A stretch of 64,000 nucleotides of DNA, from NCBI RefSeq assembly GCF_009914755.1, contig NC_060928.1; one strand, 5' to 3'. The notes under the pieces were generated by a model that saw nothing but the letters and a program-made list of their open reading frames with translations, ran no database searches and was not told where the DNA came from. Source of the stretch: the human T2T-CHM13v2.0 reference genome, Homo sapiens. The position numbers and the translations under genes were made by a program. Shown here piece after piece: positions 1 to 16,972 of the stretch; position 1 is the first letter of the stretch; each line of letters starts with the position of its first letter.

Positions 1-599
1 AAGCCACCATGATTTTTGAACCCAACTTCTATTCCTACTCTAAATTCATTTCCCCTCCTGAGACCTTCTGGGGACTCAGAGATTAATGCAAGATAATGAA
101 AGACATTAGGCATTTTATTCCCTCCTCTAAATTTCCAAGATTCTTTCAGCCTTAGAAGCTCGGGTGTGAAGAGGGTTCTCCTTTATCACACAGACGTAAA
201 AATGAAACCAAGAGTTTAGGAAATGGACTTGTGCGGGGCTGGTCCAAATGCCTCAAAGTCTTCTCTGTCCTCACTCCTTTATCACCCCCTCAAAGAATAA
301 TCTCATTTTCATTATTTGTTGAACAGCTTATTCTTGCGTTCCACACCTTAAAAGAGTTCATTACATACACACGGAGAAAGAGAAGGGAGAAAGAAAGATA
401 TAATAAGATCAATTTAAGGACATACTGAGGTCATATAACAGCACAAATATTCTCAAGTGCTCTGTATAATGTGCAGTGGGGATTTTGGGCAGTTTTATTG
501 TGTGGTAGGATCCTCATCTCCGTTGTTTTTTACAGGATTCCTCCAGGCTAAAGTAATAAAGCGAGTAATTAGAATGCTAAAGACAGATGTAAATAACAG

Positions 600-1330
600 G
601 AATGAGACAGCGGTGACAGATGAGCGGCTGGGTCAGGAAGGAGCCCAGTTGGTGGAAATGACACTCTTTCCCCGCTCCGGGTCCCCTCCCCCACCCCATT
701 CGCGTTTTCTCTCTCGGCCTCTCCTCCCTCCTCGCCTTGCCCTCAGGCAGCCGACCGGGGACACACGGGTCAAAATTGCGTTTGGGCGGCGCGGCGATGC
801 GCGGTCTCGGGCAGCCGCGCAGGGGCGTCCCGAGCCCCGGGAGCCGCAGGCTCGTCCAAGGATCCGCCGCGCGGCGGGCGCCTGGGCCCTCCGGGGGCCC
901 CTCTGGGGCCGCCTGGACTCGCAGGTCTCCCGCGCCACCCCCTACCCCATTCCCCGCCTGCGCCCCCTGCTGCGCTCGGCGCGCGTCCTGCTGCAGCCTG
1001 CTGGGGACAGCGCACGCAGTGACCGGGCGCGGCAGCCGCTTCCCTTTCCCATCGACCTCGCTGCCTTCTGGCTTTTCTCAAAGCCTTTTCTCCAGAGCCA
1101 GACAGCAGACGCCCCGGCGATGCCTTCGCCGCCCATTTGGCCGAGGTAGCCCAGGCCTGCCCTTGCTGCCTCCGCCGGCCGCTCCGCCGCGGCCCAAAGC
1201 CGGGGAAGCGTCCCAAGCCCGCGCGGTCTGCCCCGGAGCCCCGGAGGACCCGAATACTCAGCGGAATGTCACCCTGGCCGGGTTCTTTGGATTCCCCTCC
1301 GGGGCCATCCTACGGAATCCAGCCGTCCCC
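600..1330. promoter_or_regulatory. CpG island / probable promoter and first-exon region of an unidentified gene or lncRNA
   Basis: Abrupt GC- and CpG-rich segment (e.g. GGGCGGCGCGGCGATGCGCGG, GCCGCGCGGCGGGCGCC) in otherwise CpG-depleted AT-rich DNA, with GC boxes and an NRF1-like GCGCACGCAG near 1010. The direction of transcription cannot be read from sequence. Confidence 0.85.
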
Positions 1331-2574
1331 ACAAGCTACCTCATGTAACTGGAGACCTAAGAAAAGACTCTCCATACCTTTTGACAAAAAGACGTACCAG
1401 AAGCAATTTGCCTTTCCAAACCAACCTATCAATCACTAGTCACATAGGAAGGCAAATCCAGTAGGTAATTCCTAAGTGGATGAGTTTTATTTCCCTCTCA
1501 ACAATTTGAATGGGTTATACGGAAGTTTAAAAATGGTCAATGCTACTAAACCATTATCTTTGACATTAGAGCAAAAGAATAATCAGATCTGATTAAAATC
1601 TCATAATGAGCAGGTCCTTTCGTCACTAAACCCCATAGATAATTTGCAGAATTCGGTCGCCAGAGAGACGCTCTTACTGTTGCTTAGAGGAAACTCAATC
1701 CTAAAATTGGGGCCTGTTCAGGCTCATTTTAAGGTGAATGTCAATTCTAGCGATATTGCTGCCCTTTGGAGTGACTGTGGTTTAGACAGAAGTGACCGTG
1801 CGTCGCCCTTAGCTTTAGAGCATTAAGTGTCCTGAGTAGTCTTCAAATTAACACGTGTGCACACACACCTGAAACAAACAGAAAACTCGAGAGTGAACCA
1901 AACTAGCCTAGGAAGCATCTCTACTCTCCACTGGTAATGTTGGGCCTGGGTGTGGGGTATGTGTGTGTGGGCGTGAAGCTGCTTATGGAACAGTGACAAG
2001 CACACAGTGTCACTGAAGGATTCCTCTGCTATTTCCCAGATTATTAAAATTAGTTCTGCCCACCAGTGAAGGAAGAAAACCTCTTTTCCAGATTTTTCAA
2101 GGAGGCTTGCAAATGGGTAGGGCCAAATAAGAGAATATGTCTTGAGACACCAAGATATAGGCCAATCAATTTTGGTTTTAATCAAACCAAATCGAGAAAT
2201 GCATTTTCATCATTTGCATCAATAACTGCAATAGATACAGTTCTTAACCTGTTCCCCACCTAATTCTGACTATTATCTTATTTTAACATTTTTTATTTTT
2301 AAACAACTGTTTCTTTCTTAAAGAGAAAAGAAAACAAACTGGGGAATATCTGTGGCACATTTATGAAGCTGGCGAGGATGGGAACTATTGCTCTCAGGCT
2401 CTGAGATCAAGTCTGTGGGTTACGTTTTTTGAGTCTATTGTTAAATCTATATCTTCCAGATAGAGGTGATAAAAGAATGAGCACTCTTTCCTAGATGAAA
2501 AGTTTATCAGCATTGGTGGGTATTGATTAAAGATCACCATAATATTCATGAGAAATTGGAAGCCTACCCTGCAT

Positions 2575-2575
<1 letters not shown>

Positions 2576-2625
<50 letters not shown>

Positions 2626-2648
2626 ATTTATATATATATATGTATATT

Positions 2649-2687
<39 letters not shown>
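2576..2687. repeat. Compound (TA)n/(TG)n microsatellite
   Basis: Directly visible interrupted TA run followed by a TG run. Confidence 0.95.
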
Positions 2688-3834
2688 CTTTATGAAACTG
2701 GAGATCTGCTCCATTATAAAAGAACTGGCCTTAAAAACTGAATTGGGCCTAATACTAATGCTACTAGAGGTACATAACAGATAAATCCCCTCCGTTTGTG
2801 AGTTATTACATTTTATTTTGGAGAAAAAAAAACATTGACATATTTACAAACTCAGTGTGCAGCCTCAGGACCTGAAATGTAGGTCTGACGAGGAATTCTG
2901 ATCTAGTCATATGTCTGATAGCAATCTTCACTTACATTTCTATGAGAAAGCTTAATATGTTTTGTCTGAGAATCAGAAGCTGGTGCTGTTGGTCCAGGGG
3001 AGGGAAGGGTGGGAGCAATGTCTCAGAAAAGGTTATGATGGAAATATGTGGGATGGCCCAATGCTGGGTGTGGATTCCTTATAGCTAAGCCACGGGGCTG
3101 GAAATGAGGAAAGGTAGGAGGAGAAGGGTGGGGAGGAGTGAAAAGTCCCCGTTGACTTGGACTTCCTCTGTAGGAAGTGAGAATCATCCACTTTCCCTGT
3201 ACCTCTGTGAAGGATATTTTCTGTGTAAAACTCTTTTCTGTTATGGAAATCTCAGACTTTAGGTTGCCACTCATTAATGGGTAATCAATTTAGTGGGTTG
3301 TGACTAGCATCAATAACATTTAAGAACAAGTTTTTAAAAACAGAGTAGAATACAAACAATCACTGGGGACCACGTGCTGTGAGAATGAGTTTTGTTTGAT
3401 AAAACTTTAGTTGTATTTATATTTGTATATTTATATTGGGCCATGGCAGAAAATATATTTTTTACTGTGTGTTTTAGTCAAAACTGTTTGAGAACCATTG
3501 TGGCTGGGCCTAGCTCACTTCCTACCTTCCCTGAGAATTCTTTCTGAGTCCCACCAGCCCTTAGTGGTTTATCAGTCCTTTTACCCCACTGTCACTTATT
3601 GGTGCTACTTACTGAATGCACCTCTAGTGCTTTCCTGTGTTGTTAACTTATCATGTCTATTTCTTTCTAATTGAATTTGAACGGTTTCAAAGGTGTGTAT
3701 TTTAGACTTCGTTGTATGTTTTATGGTCTCTGAGGTGGTTCTGTACACGATAGTAGTTGATAAACGTAGGTGGCTAATTCTGTGCTTGACAAAAGCAAGT
3801 CTGATCTAGGGATGCTTTTCTTTTCTTTTTTTTT

Positions 3835-4119
3835 TCCAACTTTTATTTTAAATACAGAAGGTACACGTGCAGATTTGTTACATGGGAATATTACGTGATG
3901 CCGAGGTTTAGAGTAAGGATCCTGTCACCCAGGTAATGAGCATAATACCCAATAGGTAGTTTTTTAACCCCCACTGCCCACCCTCTGGTAGTCCATAGTG
4001 TCTGTTGTTCCCATATTCATGTTCATGTGTGCCCAGTGTTTAGTTCCCACTTATAAGTGAGAACATGCAGTACTGGATTTTCTGTTCCTGTGCTAATTTG
4101 CTTAGGATTATGGCCTCCA
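3835..4119 (-). mobile_element. L1 3'-end fragment (older L1PA, about PA13-16)
   Basis: T-rich tail, then CAACTTTTATTT...GGTACACGTGCAGATTTGTTACATGG...CCCACTTATAAGTGAGAACATGC, the antisense L1PA 3'UTR. Confidence 0.8.
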
Positions 4120-4179
4120 ATTTTTCTTAATGTGTTCTCTGCCTCTGCTAGAGGCTCACTCCTGTCCCCTTGTTACTGG

Positions 4180-4375
4180 CTCTCATAGTGCTTTGTAATG
4201 TCTTCACGATACTTAGTGGAGTTTGACTATAAATATTTATGTGCTGGGTGATTTGTTTCCTCCATCAAAGCTTAGACTTCATTAGTGTAGACCAGGTCTG
4301 TTGAGCTCATTTGTACCTAGCACAATCCTTGGCACATGGTCGAAGCTCAATAAACATTTGTTGGCCAGCTGATTG
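4180..4375 (+). mobile_element. L2 3'-end remnant
   Basis: CCTAGCACAATCCTTGGCACATGG...CTCAATAAACATTTGTTG resembles the L2 3' terminus. Confidence 0.6.
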
Positions 4376-4574
4376 ACTACTTGATGGGCTGAATGACATA
4401 AGAATGACCAGTCATTGTTCTGGCAGAGGCAGCAGGCCTTTTCTTCCTTGCTGGCAGGAAGGTATTTTGCTAATGAACTTAGGACGACAAGGAAAGACTA
4501 AGAACTAATAATTTGAGGAAATTAAAACTTTGCGTGTGTGACATTGTCTTGTCCTTTTACTCCTATTATACTAG

Positions 4575-4636
4575 CAGTATATTATTTCGTTTCACTTGTA
4601 CCTGGCTATAGGAATGGGCTCCTGTCTAAGAAACAG
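4575..4636 (+). other. Candidate spliced exon (probably non-coding or 5'UTR)
   Basis: Perfect consensus donor CAG|GTAAGT after 4636. Upstream pyrimidine tract ends in a NAGNAG acceptor TAG|CAG| (4575/4578); an alternative acceptor TATAG| would start the exon at 4612. Confidence 0.35.
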
Positions 4637-5029
4637 GTAAGTGGATGACAGTTTTGCAATTTTTGAAAAACTGTTATGGAGAAAAGGGATTTTATTGTAT
4701 AAGATTCGGTTTGTAACTTACACTAGAAATCCTTTTTAGAACTTGTAAGTTGTTTCCTTCTTGACAGAATGAGAATCCTTTTTTTATTAGATAAATGAGA
4801 GCTGCAACCCTGTGAATTTCCTTTTCTTGGCTGACATATACTGCAGACCTGAGATTTGGGTTAAAATCCAATAGGCCTTTTCAACACACATTTTTTCGGA
4901 GTATTTATCTTTAGTTCTTTAGTCTTCTATAACTTGCTTTTTTATTGTTTGTTTTTAATTTTCTTTTGATTAGGGGCTTTCTGGGTTTATTACACCTATG
5001 TCAGCATACTACAAAGGAAATAACATGTG

Positions 5030-5240
5030 TTGGCTTTGGAATTGGATAGGCCTGGATTCAAATTCTGAACAAATCAGCATTTTAATACTTCTTACCTATG
5101 TGATTTCGGAAAAGAAACCTGTCTGTATCTTATTATTGTTGTCTGCAAAATGATATCAATACTACATTCCACATTGTTTTAATTATTGTCTGAAACATCA
5201 CAATATTTAGGACATTTTAGATACTCAGTAAGGGTTAGTT
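5030..5240 (+). mobile_element. MIR remnant
   Basis: CTTTGGAATTGGATAGGCCTGGATTCAAATTCTG...CTTACCTATGTGATTT...TCTGCAAAATG resembles the MIR core. Confidence 0.55.
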
Positions 5241-8200
5241 CTCTTTCTGTCCATTTATGATATGAAACTTCCAATTTCTTTTGGAAGGAGGTGGGTAGAA
5301 CCCATGACAACAAAAGAGTTTGGTATGTTAATCTTATATTTTCTGTTCTTTTGAGAACCTTGGAGGATAATCTTGTTTCTCTCAATTACTCCATCTTCAC
5401 AATTCAGAAAATAATAATCACTATATATTACTTCAGAAAATTATGTTAATAATATTGATGTATACAGTATTTGATGCAGTTCATGTATTACCTTAAGGAT
5501 AATTTCAAAAAGGTACATGTTTATCTCTTAAAAAGGGATAACCTGATATGCTGAGAACATCATTTCTGTTTTGATTATTAGGTTTTTGCGTTAATAACTA
5601 AAAATGTAGAATTTTATTGGTGCTTTAGTTTTAAGTTTATCATGTAGTTATTGAGGAAATTAAAAAAAAATCACATTCTATGCCATCCTAAGCAGTTACA
5701 ATGTTTATAGAGAAGTATGAAATAGATTACTGCTTCAGCTTTAGATACATAATTCTAAGGACATAAGTAGTGGTTTTAGTAGTATAATGCTAAGATTTCA
5801 ATACCAGTCAAATAGAACTGGTTAGGGAGGCACACAGGCCTCCAGCAGAACCAGCTATCAGAAATAAGCCAAAGATCTGGGATCTAGGAGGTCGATAATC
5901 TGGGAATAAGAAACTAATTCTTGTTACTTCCAGGCAGGCAGGAGTTAAAAATGCAGAGAATGAAGGTCGTTCAAAATATACCATAAACAGGGACACAGAC
6001 ATGAAATGAACAGAGTATTTTTCTCTAGTTTCCTTTATACTTTTTGAACTCCATATATCTGAAACTGAGTTTGAAGGTGTGTTCTGGAAGTAATTGAAAT
6101 GTAGGGAATTCTGCTACTGAATTCATGATTCAAGTGACATGTAAGACCTTGTATGACATGTGAGACCATATATAATGCTTTTTTTCTCCCACCATGATTC
6201 CCGGAATTATTATGTTAATTAGTAAATTGAACATTTTAATCATTACGTTAACAAATCTTTAATAAAGTTCAGATATTTTGAAAGATGCTGGTAATAAAAG
6301 GTGTCCTGCCTTTGAAAAGCTTACAGTCCTTTGGCGAGAAGGACACCGGAAAAAAACTGATGAGCAAGTGATGAGTGCTTGTGGGGTTAAGCCCGGAGTG
6401 TTATGGCAGTAGAGAAGGTGCTGCGTCAATTTGTATTTCATCAAACGATGATAAACCCACTGTTACCTTCAACCCTGCAACACATACCCTGAGTTAACAG
6501 AGGCAGAATGAAGAATTTATTTTCTTCAAAGCCAGTTTTGGCTTATGTAAAACTATAGTTATTTGTTAAAATCATGAGATAATTGCAGAGATGGTTCAAG
6601 AAAAGATTGTTTCGCCTTTGAAGCTTGCATATTTTTTCTGTTTCAGTTAGCCATTTCAAGTAGGATACTTTTTGATATACTTGCTCAAGAATTTCAGCTT
6701 TATGCACATTCATTGTAAGCATTCTTAGCCAAATGAAAAAACGCCTCCATTCATCATTCCTTTAATGAAAATAGATAATTTCTTTTGGCTTCTAGAAAGC
6801 AGAATATTAGAAGAGAAAAAATTTCCTTTCCTTATTTTACAAAGATGGTATGGTTTTATTTTTAGAATCAATCCATTTTTTGAGGAATTTAGTAGGTTGC
6901 AAACTTCGAAAAGTTTCTTCTTTACTTTTTTGTGGAACTATATGATTGTATTTTCTGTGCTACCACTTTGAAGATGTTTCACTTTTGTTACCTGCAAAAT
7001 GTGTCAGTTCAATATTTTGGGAAAATATTGTATTCAGAAGAGAAACAGCTACTGCATGCTTTAACAATTGTGGATGTGAACAGTGAACATTTTGCATGAT
7101 AACCTCAGAGAGCTAGTAAAGTTAAGAAAATGATAGCATGTCAATAAGCTCGAGTTATCTATTTTAAAAACTATCTGTTTCTGATTTGCTTTTAGTATAT
7201 AAGAATCTGGCTACTGAAGTTGCCCTACATTTCCCAGCACCTGGGGATCTGTCTTTGGCAGTCAGCGGCCCTGCAGGACTTGGCTAGGAGCCAGGCCACA
7301 AGAAAAGGCAGTATGGAAGTCGAATGAGGAGAATTAGTTAAGCTTTTAATTAATTCTCCCTTTCCTGTTATAGGGTTGTATAGAGAATCACTCTTCAGTT
7401 GTATTCCAAATACTAAAACTCAGCCACATATCGACAGTAAACAATAAGCATGAAATAGTATGCTAATCTTTAAGGATGACAGTATAGACATATATAGCAA
7501 GGCTTTACAGAGATATTCAGCAGACCCAGGGGCCCAGAAGAATTTGTATAGAGATAGAGGGCTCTGAGGCACCTCAAGGCACTGGGAAGTCTACTTCAAC
7601 TGGTATGCCCACCTTTCTGGGCCTGGAAGGCACAGATGATGATTATTGAAGTAGTAAGACATTCGAACACATTCAGCTGACACATGTGTACATAACTAAC
7701 TTGGATATATCTAGACACGTTCAGTTTACACTTGTAGACTATTACCTTTGTGAGTTCCTTAGTCTGGGTATGTACTCTGTACCACTCCTCGCTTAAATTT
7801 TCTAATTCTTGTAGATCACAGTTTTGAGTGGTCATACACTCAAACTGTGTATGACCAAAGTGGCCACTGTTACTGAAGTCAACTTTTTTTAAAAAAAAAA
7901 CTAAGAATGCATATTGTTATCATATAAAAAGAAGTCCTGAAGGAGAACATATAAAGTTGGTTAATCCAAAATGGAAGCAACATTTTATCCACTGAAGGAA
8001 AGGAAGGAAGTAGCCTATTGCCTAGTGCAATATGAAGCATGATCTACAGAGCAGTATGGGTCATTTGAATCTCAGAACCTTCAGTAAGGCAGACCAGTGT
8101 AGGTAGTAGAGGCAGAGGAGTCAGGGATGTGGTTGGCAGCTAAGTCAGCTGCTGGTGATGTCTGTATTCTGTGGAGAGGCTGAGGAACATGTGTGTGTAA

Positions 8201-9330
8201 TAAAGATAATTTGATCTTTATTTATTGTCTGGGGGATTTAGTAGATATTAAGCATGATATAAAAAGTGATAAAAGTTGACTTCTCAGGTTATATTCAAAT
8301 GACAGGATTTTAACAGCTTTGGTGTTTTTAAAAAAGTCTGTCTCCATATTGTCAAAAGTAAACAACCTCCTTCTTTCCTTCCTTCTCTTCTTTCTCCTTT
8401 CCTTTCCCTTCTGTACATCCTACTGCTCTACATCCTATTCTGGATGTCCCCCTTAAAACTCTTTTCCTTCTTAACATAGATTTTATCTGAAATCCATTTT
8501 ACTTTACAGTGAATATTTTAATTTTAGTTATATAGCAAAATTTTAATAGTTAAAATATTTCTGTGAAAATATAAATTGAAAGTGATTCTTTTTGTTTTTC
8601 GTGGTAACATTTTGATTTTATATATTACTTAGTATATGTAGTAAGCACATGGGTAAGCTGAAAAGTTTCAAATTCATCCTGTGAGAAGAACCCTAGAAAA
8701 ATATAGTTGGCGAGCAATAACAAAAGATGTAGGTTTTATTGTGTCCTGTATTCTGCAGGACAGTAGCTAAGACTTTGTAAAAAGGCTTCCATAGAACGAT
8801 CAAATGTTATAGTCAAAAGAAGCTTGAAAGATGAATTTAGTTCAATCTTCTCATGTTACAGGAACAAACAGGTGATGTGACTTATCTTTGGTCACACAAC
8901 AAATTAGCAGCATAGTTGGTACTGGATCGACTTCCGGTAGAATGAATCGTTATTAAGTGTCTTTTCTTCAGACAATGACCTCACAAGAAACTAGGATAAC
9001 ATAGGAGGAGGAGCCAAGATGGCCGAATAGGAACAGCTCCGGTCTACAGCTCCCAGCGTGAGCTACGCAGAAGACGGTGATTTCTGCATTTCCATCTGAG
9101 ATACCGGGTTCATCTCACTAGGGAGTGCCAGACAGTGGGTGCGGGTCAGTGGGTGCGCGCACCGTGCGCCAGCAGAAGCAGGGCGAGGCATTGCCTCACT
9201 CGGGAAGCGCAAGGGGTCAGGGAGTTCCCTTTCCGATTCAAAGAAAGGGGTGACGGACGGCACCTGGAAAATCGGGTCACTCCTACCCGAATACTGCACT
9301 TTTCCGACGGGCTTGAAAAACGGCGCACTA

Positions 9331-9928
<598 letters not shown>

Positions 9929-10233
9929 TTAAATGTCCCTGTCTGACAGCTTTGAAGAGAGCAGTGGTTCTCCCAGCACGCAGCTGGAGATCTGTGAACA
10001 GGCAGGCTGCCTCCTCAAGTGGGTCCCTGACCCCTGAGCCCTGAGCAGCCTAACTGGGAGGCACCCCCCAGCAGGAGCACACTGACACCTCACACGGCAG
10101 GGTATTCCAACAGACCTGCAGCTGAGGGTCTTCTCTGTTAGAAGGAAAACTAACAAACAGAAAGGACATCCACACCAAAAACCCATCTGTACATCACCAT
10201 CATCAAAGACCAAAAGTAGATAAAACCACAAAG

Positions 10234-11250
10234 ATGGGGAAAAAACAGAACAGAAAAAATGGAAACTCTAAAAAGCATAGTGCCTCTCCTCCTCCAAAGG
10301 AACGCAGTTCCTCACCAGCAACGGAACAAAGCTGGATGGAGAATGACTTTGATGAGTTGAGAGAAGAAGGCTTCAGACGATCAAATTACTCTGAGCTACG
10401 GGAGGACATTCAAACCAAAGGCAAAGAAGTTGAAAACTTTGAAAAAAATTTAGAAGAATGTGTAACTAGAATAACCAATACAGAGAAGTGCTTAAAGGAG
10501 CTGATGGAGCTGAAAACCAAGGCTCAAGAACTACATGAAGAATGCAGAAGCCGCAGGAGCCAATGCGATCAACTGGAAGAAAGGGTATCAGCGATGGAAG
10601 ATGAAATGAATGAAATGAAGTGAGAAGGGAAGTTTAGAGAAAAAAGAATAAAAAGAAATGAGCAAAGCCTCCAAGAAATATGGGACTATGTGAAAAGAAC
10701 AAATCTACGTCTGATTGGGGTAACTGAAAGCGATGGGGAGAATGGAACCAAGTTGGAAAACACCCTGCAGGATATTATCCAGGAGAACTTCCCCAATCTA
10801 GCAAGGCAGGCCAATGTTCAGATTCAGGAAATACAGAGAACGCCACAAAGATACTCCTCGAGAAGAGCAACTCCAAGACACATAATTGTCAGATTCACCA
10901 AAGTTGAAATGAAGGAAAAAATGTTAAGGGCAGCCAGAGAGAAAGGTCGGGTTACCCTCAAAGGGAAGCCCATCAGACTAACAGCGGATCTCTCGGCAGA
11001 AACCCTACAAGCCAGAAGAGAGTGGGGGCCGATATTCAACATTCTTAAAGAAAAGAATTTTCAACCCAGAATTTCATATCCAGCCAAACTAAGCTTCATA
11101 AGCAAAGGAGAAATAAAATACTTTACAGACAAGCAAATGCTGAGAGATTTTGTCACCACCAGGCCTGCCCTAAAAGAGCTCCTGAAGGAAGCGCTAAACA
11201 TGGAAAGGAACAACTGGTACCAGTTGCTGCAAAACCATGCCAAAATGTAA
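10234..11250 (+). pseudogene. L1 ORF1p, disrupted
   Basis: MGKKQNRK...NHAKM ORF1p sequence with a premature TGA at 10621-10623 (likely CGA>TGA CpG decay). Confidence 0.93.
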
Positions 11251-11313
11251 AGACCATCCAGACTAGGAAAAAACTGCATCAAATAATGAGCAAAATAACC
11301 AGCTAACATCATA

Positions 11314-15135
<3,822 letters not shown>

Positions 15136-16339
15136 ACAGTGAGATCACATGGACACAGGAAGGGGAATATCACACTCTGGGGACTGTTGTGGGGTGGGGG
15201 GAGGGGGGAGGGATAGCATTAGGAGAGATACCTAATGCTAGATGACGAGTTAGTGGGTGTAGCGCGCCAGCATGGCACATGTATACATATGTAACTAACC
15301 TGCACAATGTGCACATGTACCCTAAAACTTTAATAAAAAAAATAATAATAAAAAAAAGAAAAAAAAAGAAACTAGGATAACATAAAAGCAGAATAGATTG
15401 TTACACGTATTAAGTGCTATATCTATACCTCTGTCTGACTTAGTTTCAAAGCAGTTTTTCGTTTTGCTGACTGTGAGGCTGAGCTCTAAGGGACTGTGGC
15501 AAGGAAATAGTCTATTCTGTCCAGGTAGCATAATGAGGACAGGGCAGCCGTTGAATGTGTCTCTGTCCCTGAAGCTGTCACTGCCCTATTGCCCCATCTT
15601 GCCTTATTGACCTCTTGACTAGAAGATAATTATTAATGACCTTCCTCATCCTCCAGAGTAGAAACCTGGAGAGTGATGTGAATCACAATGCAGAGGGGTT
15701 GTGTTGAGGTTGGGAATGAAGAGGGACAAGTGTGGATTGGGAGTGGGGTGGGTGAGGTCTGCATGCATCAGGGCTTGAGGTCAAGAGACTGGAAGGTCCG
15801 AAATGTGGGGAGATGGTTTCTAGAGCTTGTCTTAGTCATACAAAGGTCTAGTTGCTTCTGTTCCATTCTACATAGTTTAAATGTATCCTGACAGAAATAG
15901 CTGTGCCTCATGATGTTTGTCCCTGAATACCACAGGTTTTAGATGAGAGAAGCAAATGCTCCCTTCTCCTATGATTGACTAGCTTGTACCCCATTCTGTA
16001 TGTTTTTTGTTTGTTTGTTCACTTCTCTAGTGTTGGCAAAGGTCCTTGGATCTATACAATTTACAATAATATTTTGAAATAAATAACTGATTTTGGGAAA
16101 CATCTGGTAAACTTGGGAAGATGAGACATTCTAAGAATACTCATCTGATACTTAAGTGCTTGAGGGTTATAGTTTTGAAATCTTGAAGTTAATGTTTTTT
16201 TCCATTAAAATTATACATTTGTTATAGAAAATATAGAAATAATAGAAGAATATTTGTAAAAGATAAATGATCACCTATTGCCTTAGTACCCGAAGTCTCC
16301 TAACATTTTCGAGTTGTTTATTTGTTTCTTCTTGTATCT

Positions 16340-16656
16340 TTTTTCTTTTTTTTTTCTTGAGACCAAGAGACAGGGTCTTGCTCTGTCACCCAGGCTGGAG
16401 TACAGTGGCACAATCCTGGCTCACTGCAACCTCCACCTTCTGGGTTCAAGTGATTCTCTTGCCTCAGCTTCCAGAGCAGCTGGGATTACAGGTGTGTGCC
16501 ATGACGCCTGGCTAATTTTTGTAATTTTTATTTTTTTTAAGAGATGGAGTTGTGCCATGTTGGCCAAGCTGGTCTCGAACTCTTGGCTTGATATGATCTG
16601 CCCACCTCGGCCTCCCAAAGTGCTGGAATTACAGGAGTGAGCCACCGTGCCTGGCC
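16340..16656 (-). mobile_element. Alu (old, J/S)
   Basis: T tail ...GAGACAGGGTCTTGCTCTGTCACCCAGGCTGG...GAGCCACCGTGCCTGGCC. Confidence 0.9.
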
Positions 16657-16869
16657 TCTTCTTTTATCTTTTCTATCTACTTATTTTTCCAGGTTAGTGT
16701 ATATACATACATTTGTAGTTTGCTTTTTTCCCCTTAGGTCAGGATTCCCAGTAATAGACAGACTTCAGGTAGCAGGCAGTTTTCTTTATTATGGCGACAT
16801 CATATTCTATTGTGAGGTTATACCATAATTTACCTATTTTTGTTATTGCTTTTTGTTTTGTCGGGGGGG

Positions 16870-16972
16870 AGGGGGGTCTTGCTATGTTTCCTAGGCTGGC
16901 CTTGAACTCTTGGACTGAAATGATCTTCATGCCTCAGCCTTCCTAGTAGCTGGAACAATAGGTGCCTGCCCA
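16870..16972 (-). mobile_element. Alu monomer (FLAM/FRAM-like)
   Basis: GGGTCTTGCTATGTTTCCTAGGCTGGCCTTGAACTC...GCCTCAGCCTTCCTAGTAGCTGG. Confidence 0.7.

Noticed and set aside
1004-1014. GGACAGCGC resembling a REST site
   Set aside because: Only the right half-site is present; the left half does not match TTCAGCACC.
457-1439. Overlapping 100-230 aa ORFs on both strands in the CpG island
   Set aside because: They are Arg/Pro/Gly/Ala-rich, open in several frames and match no protein I recognise. This is expected from stop-codon scarcity in GC-rich DNA.
2523-2784. YI/CV-repeat ORFs
   Set aside because: They are translations of the TA/TG microsatellite.
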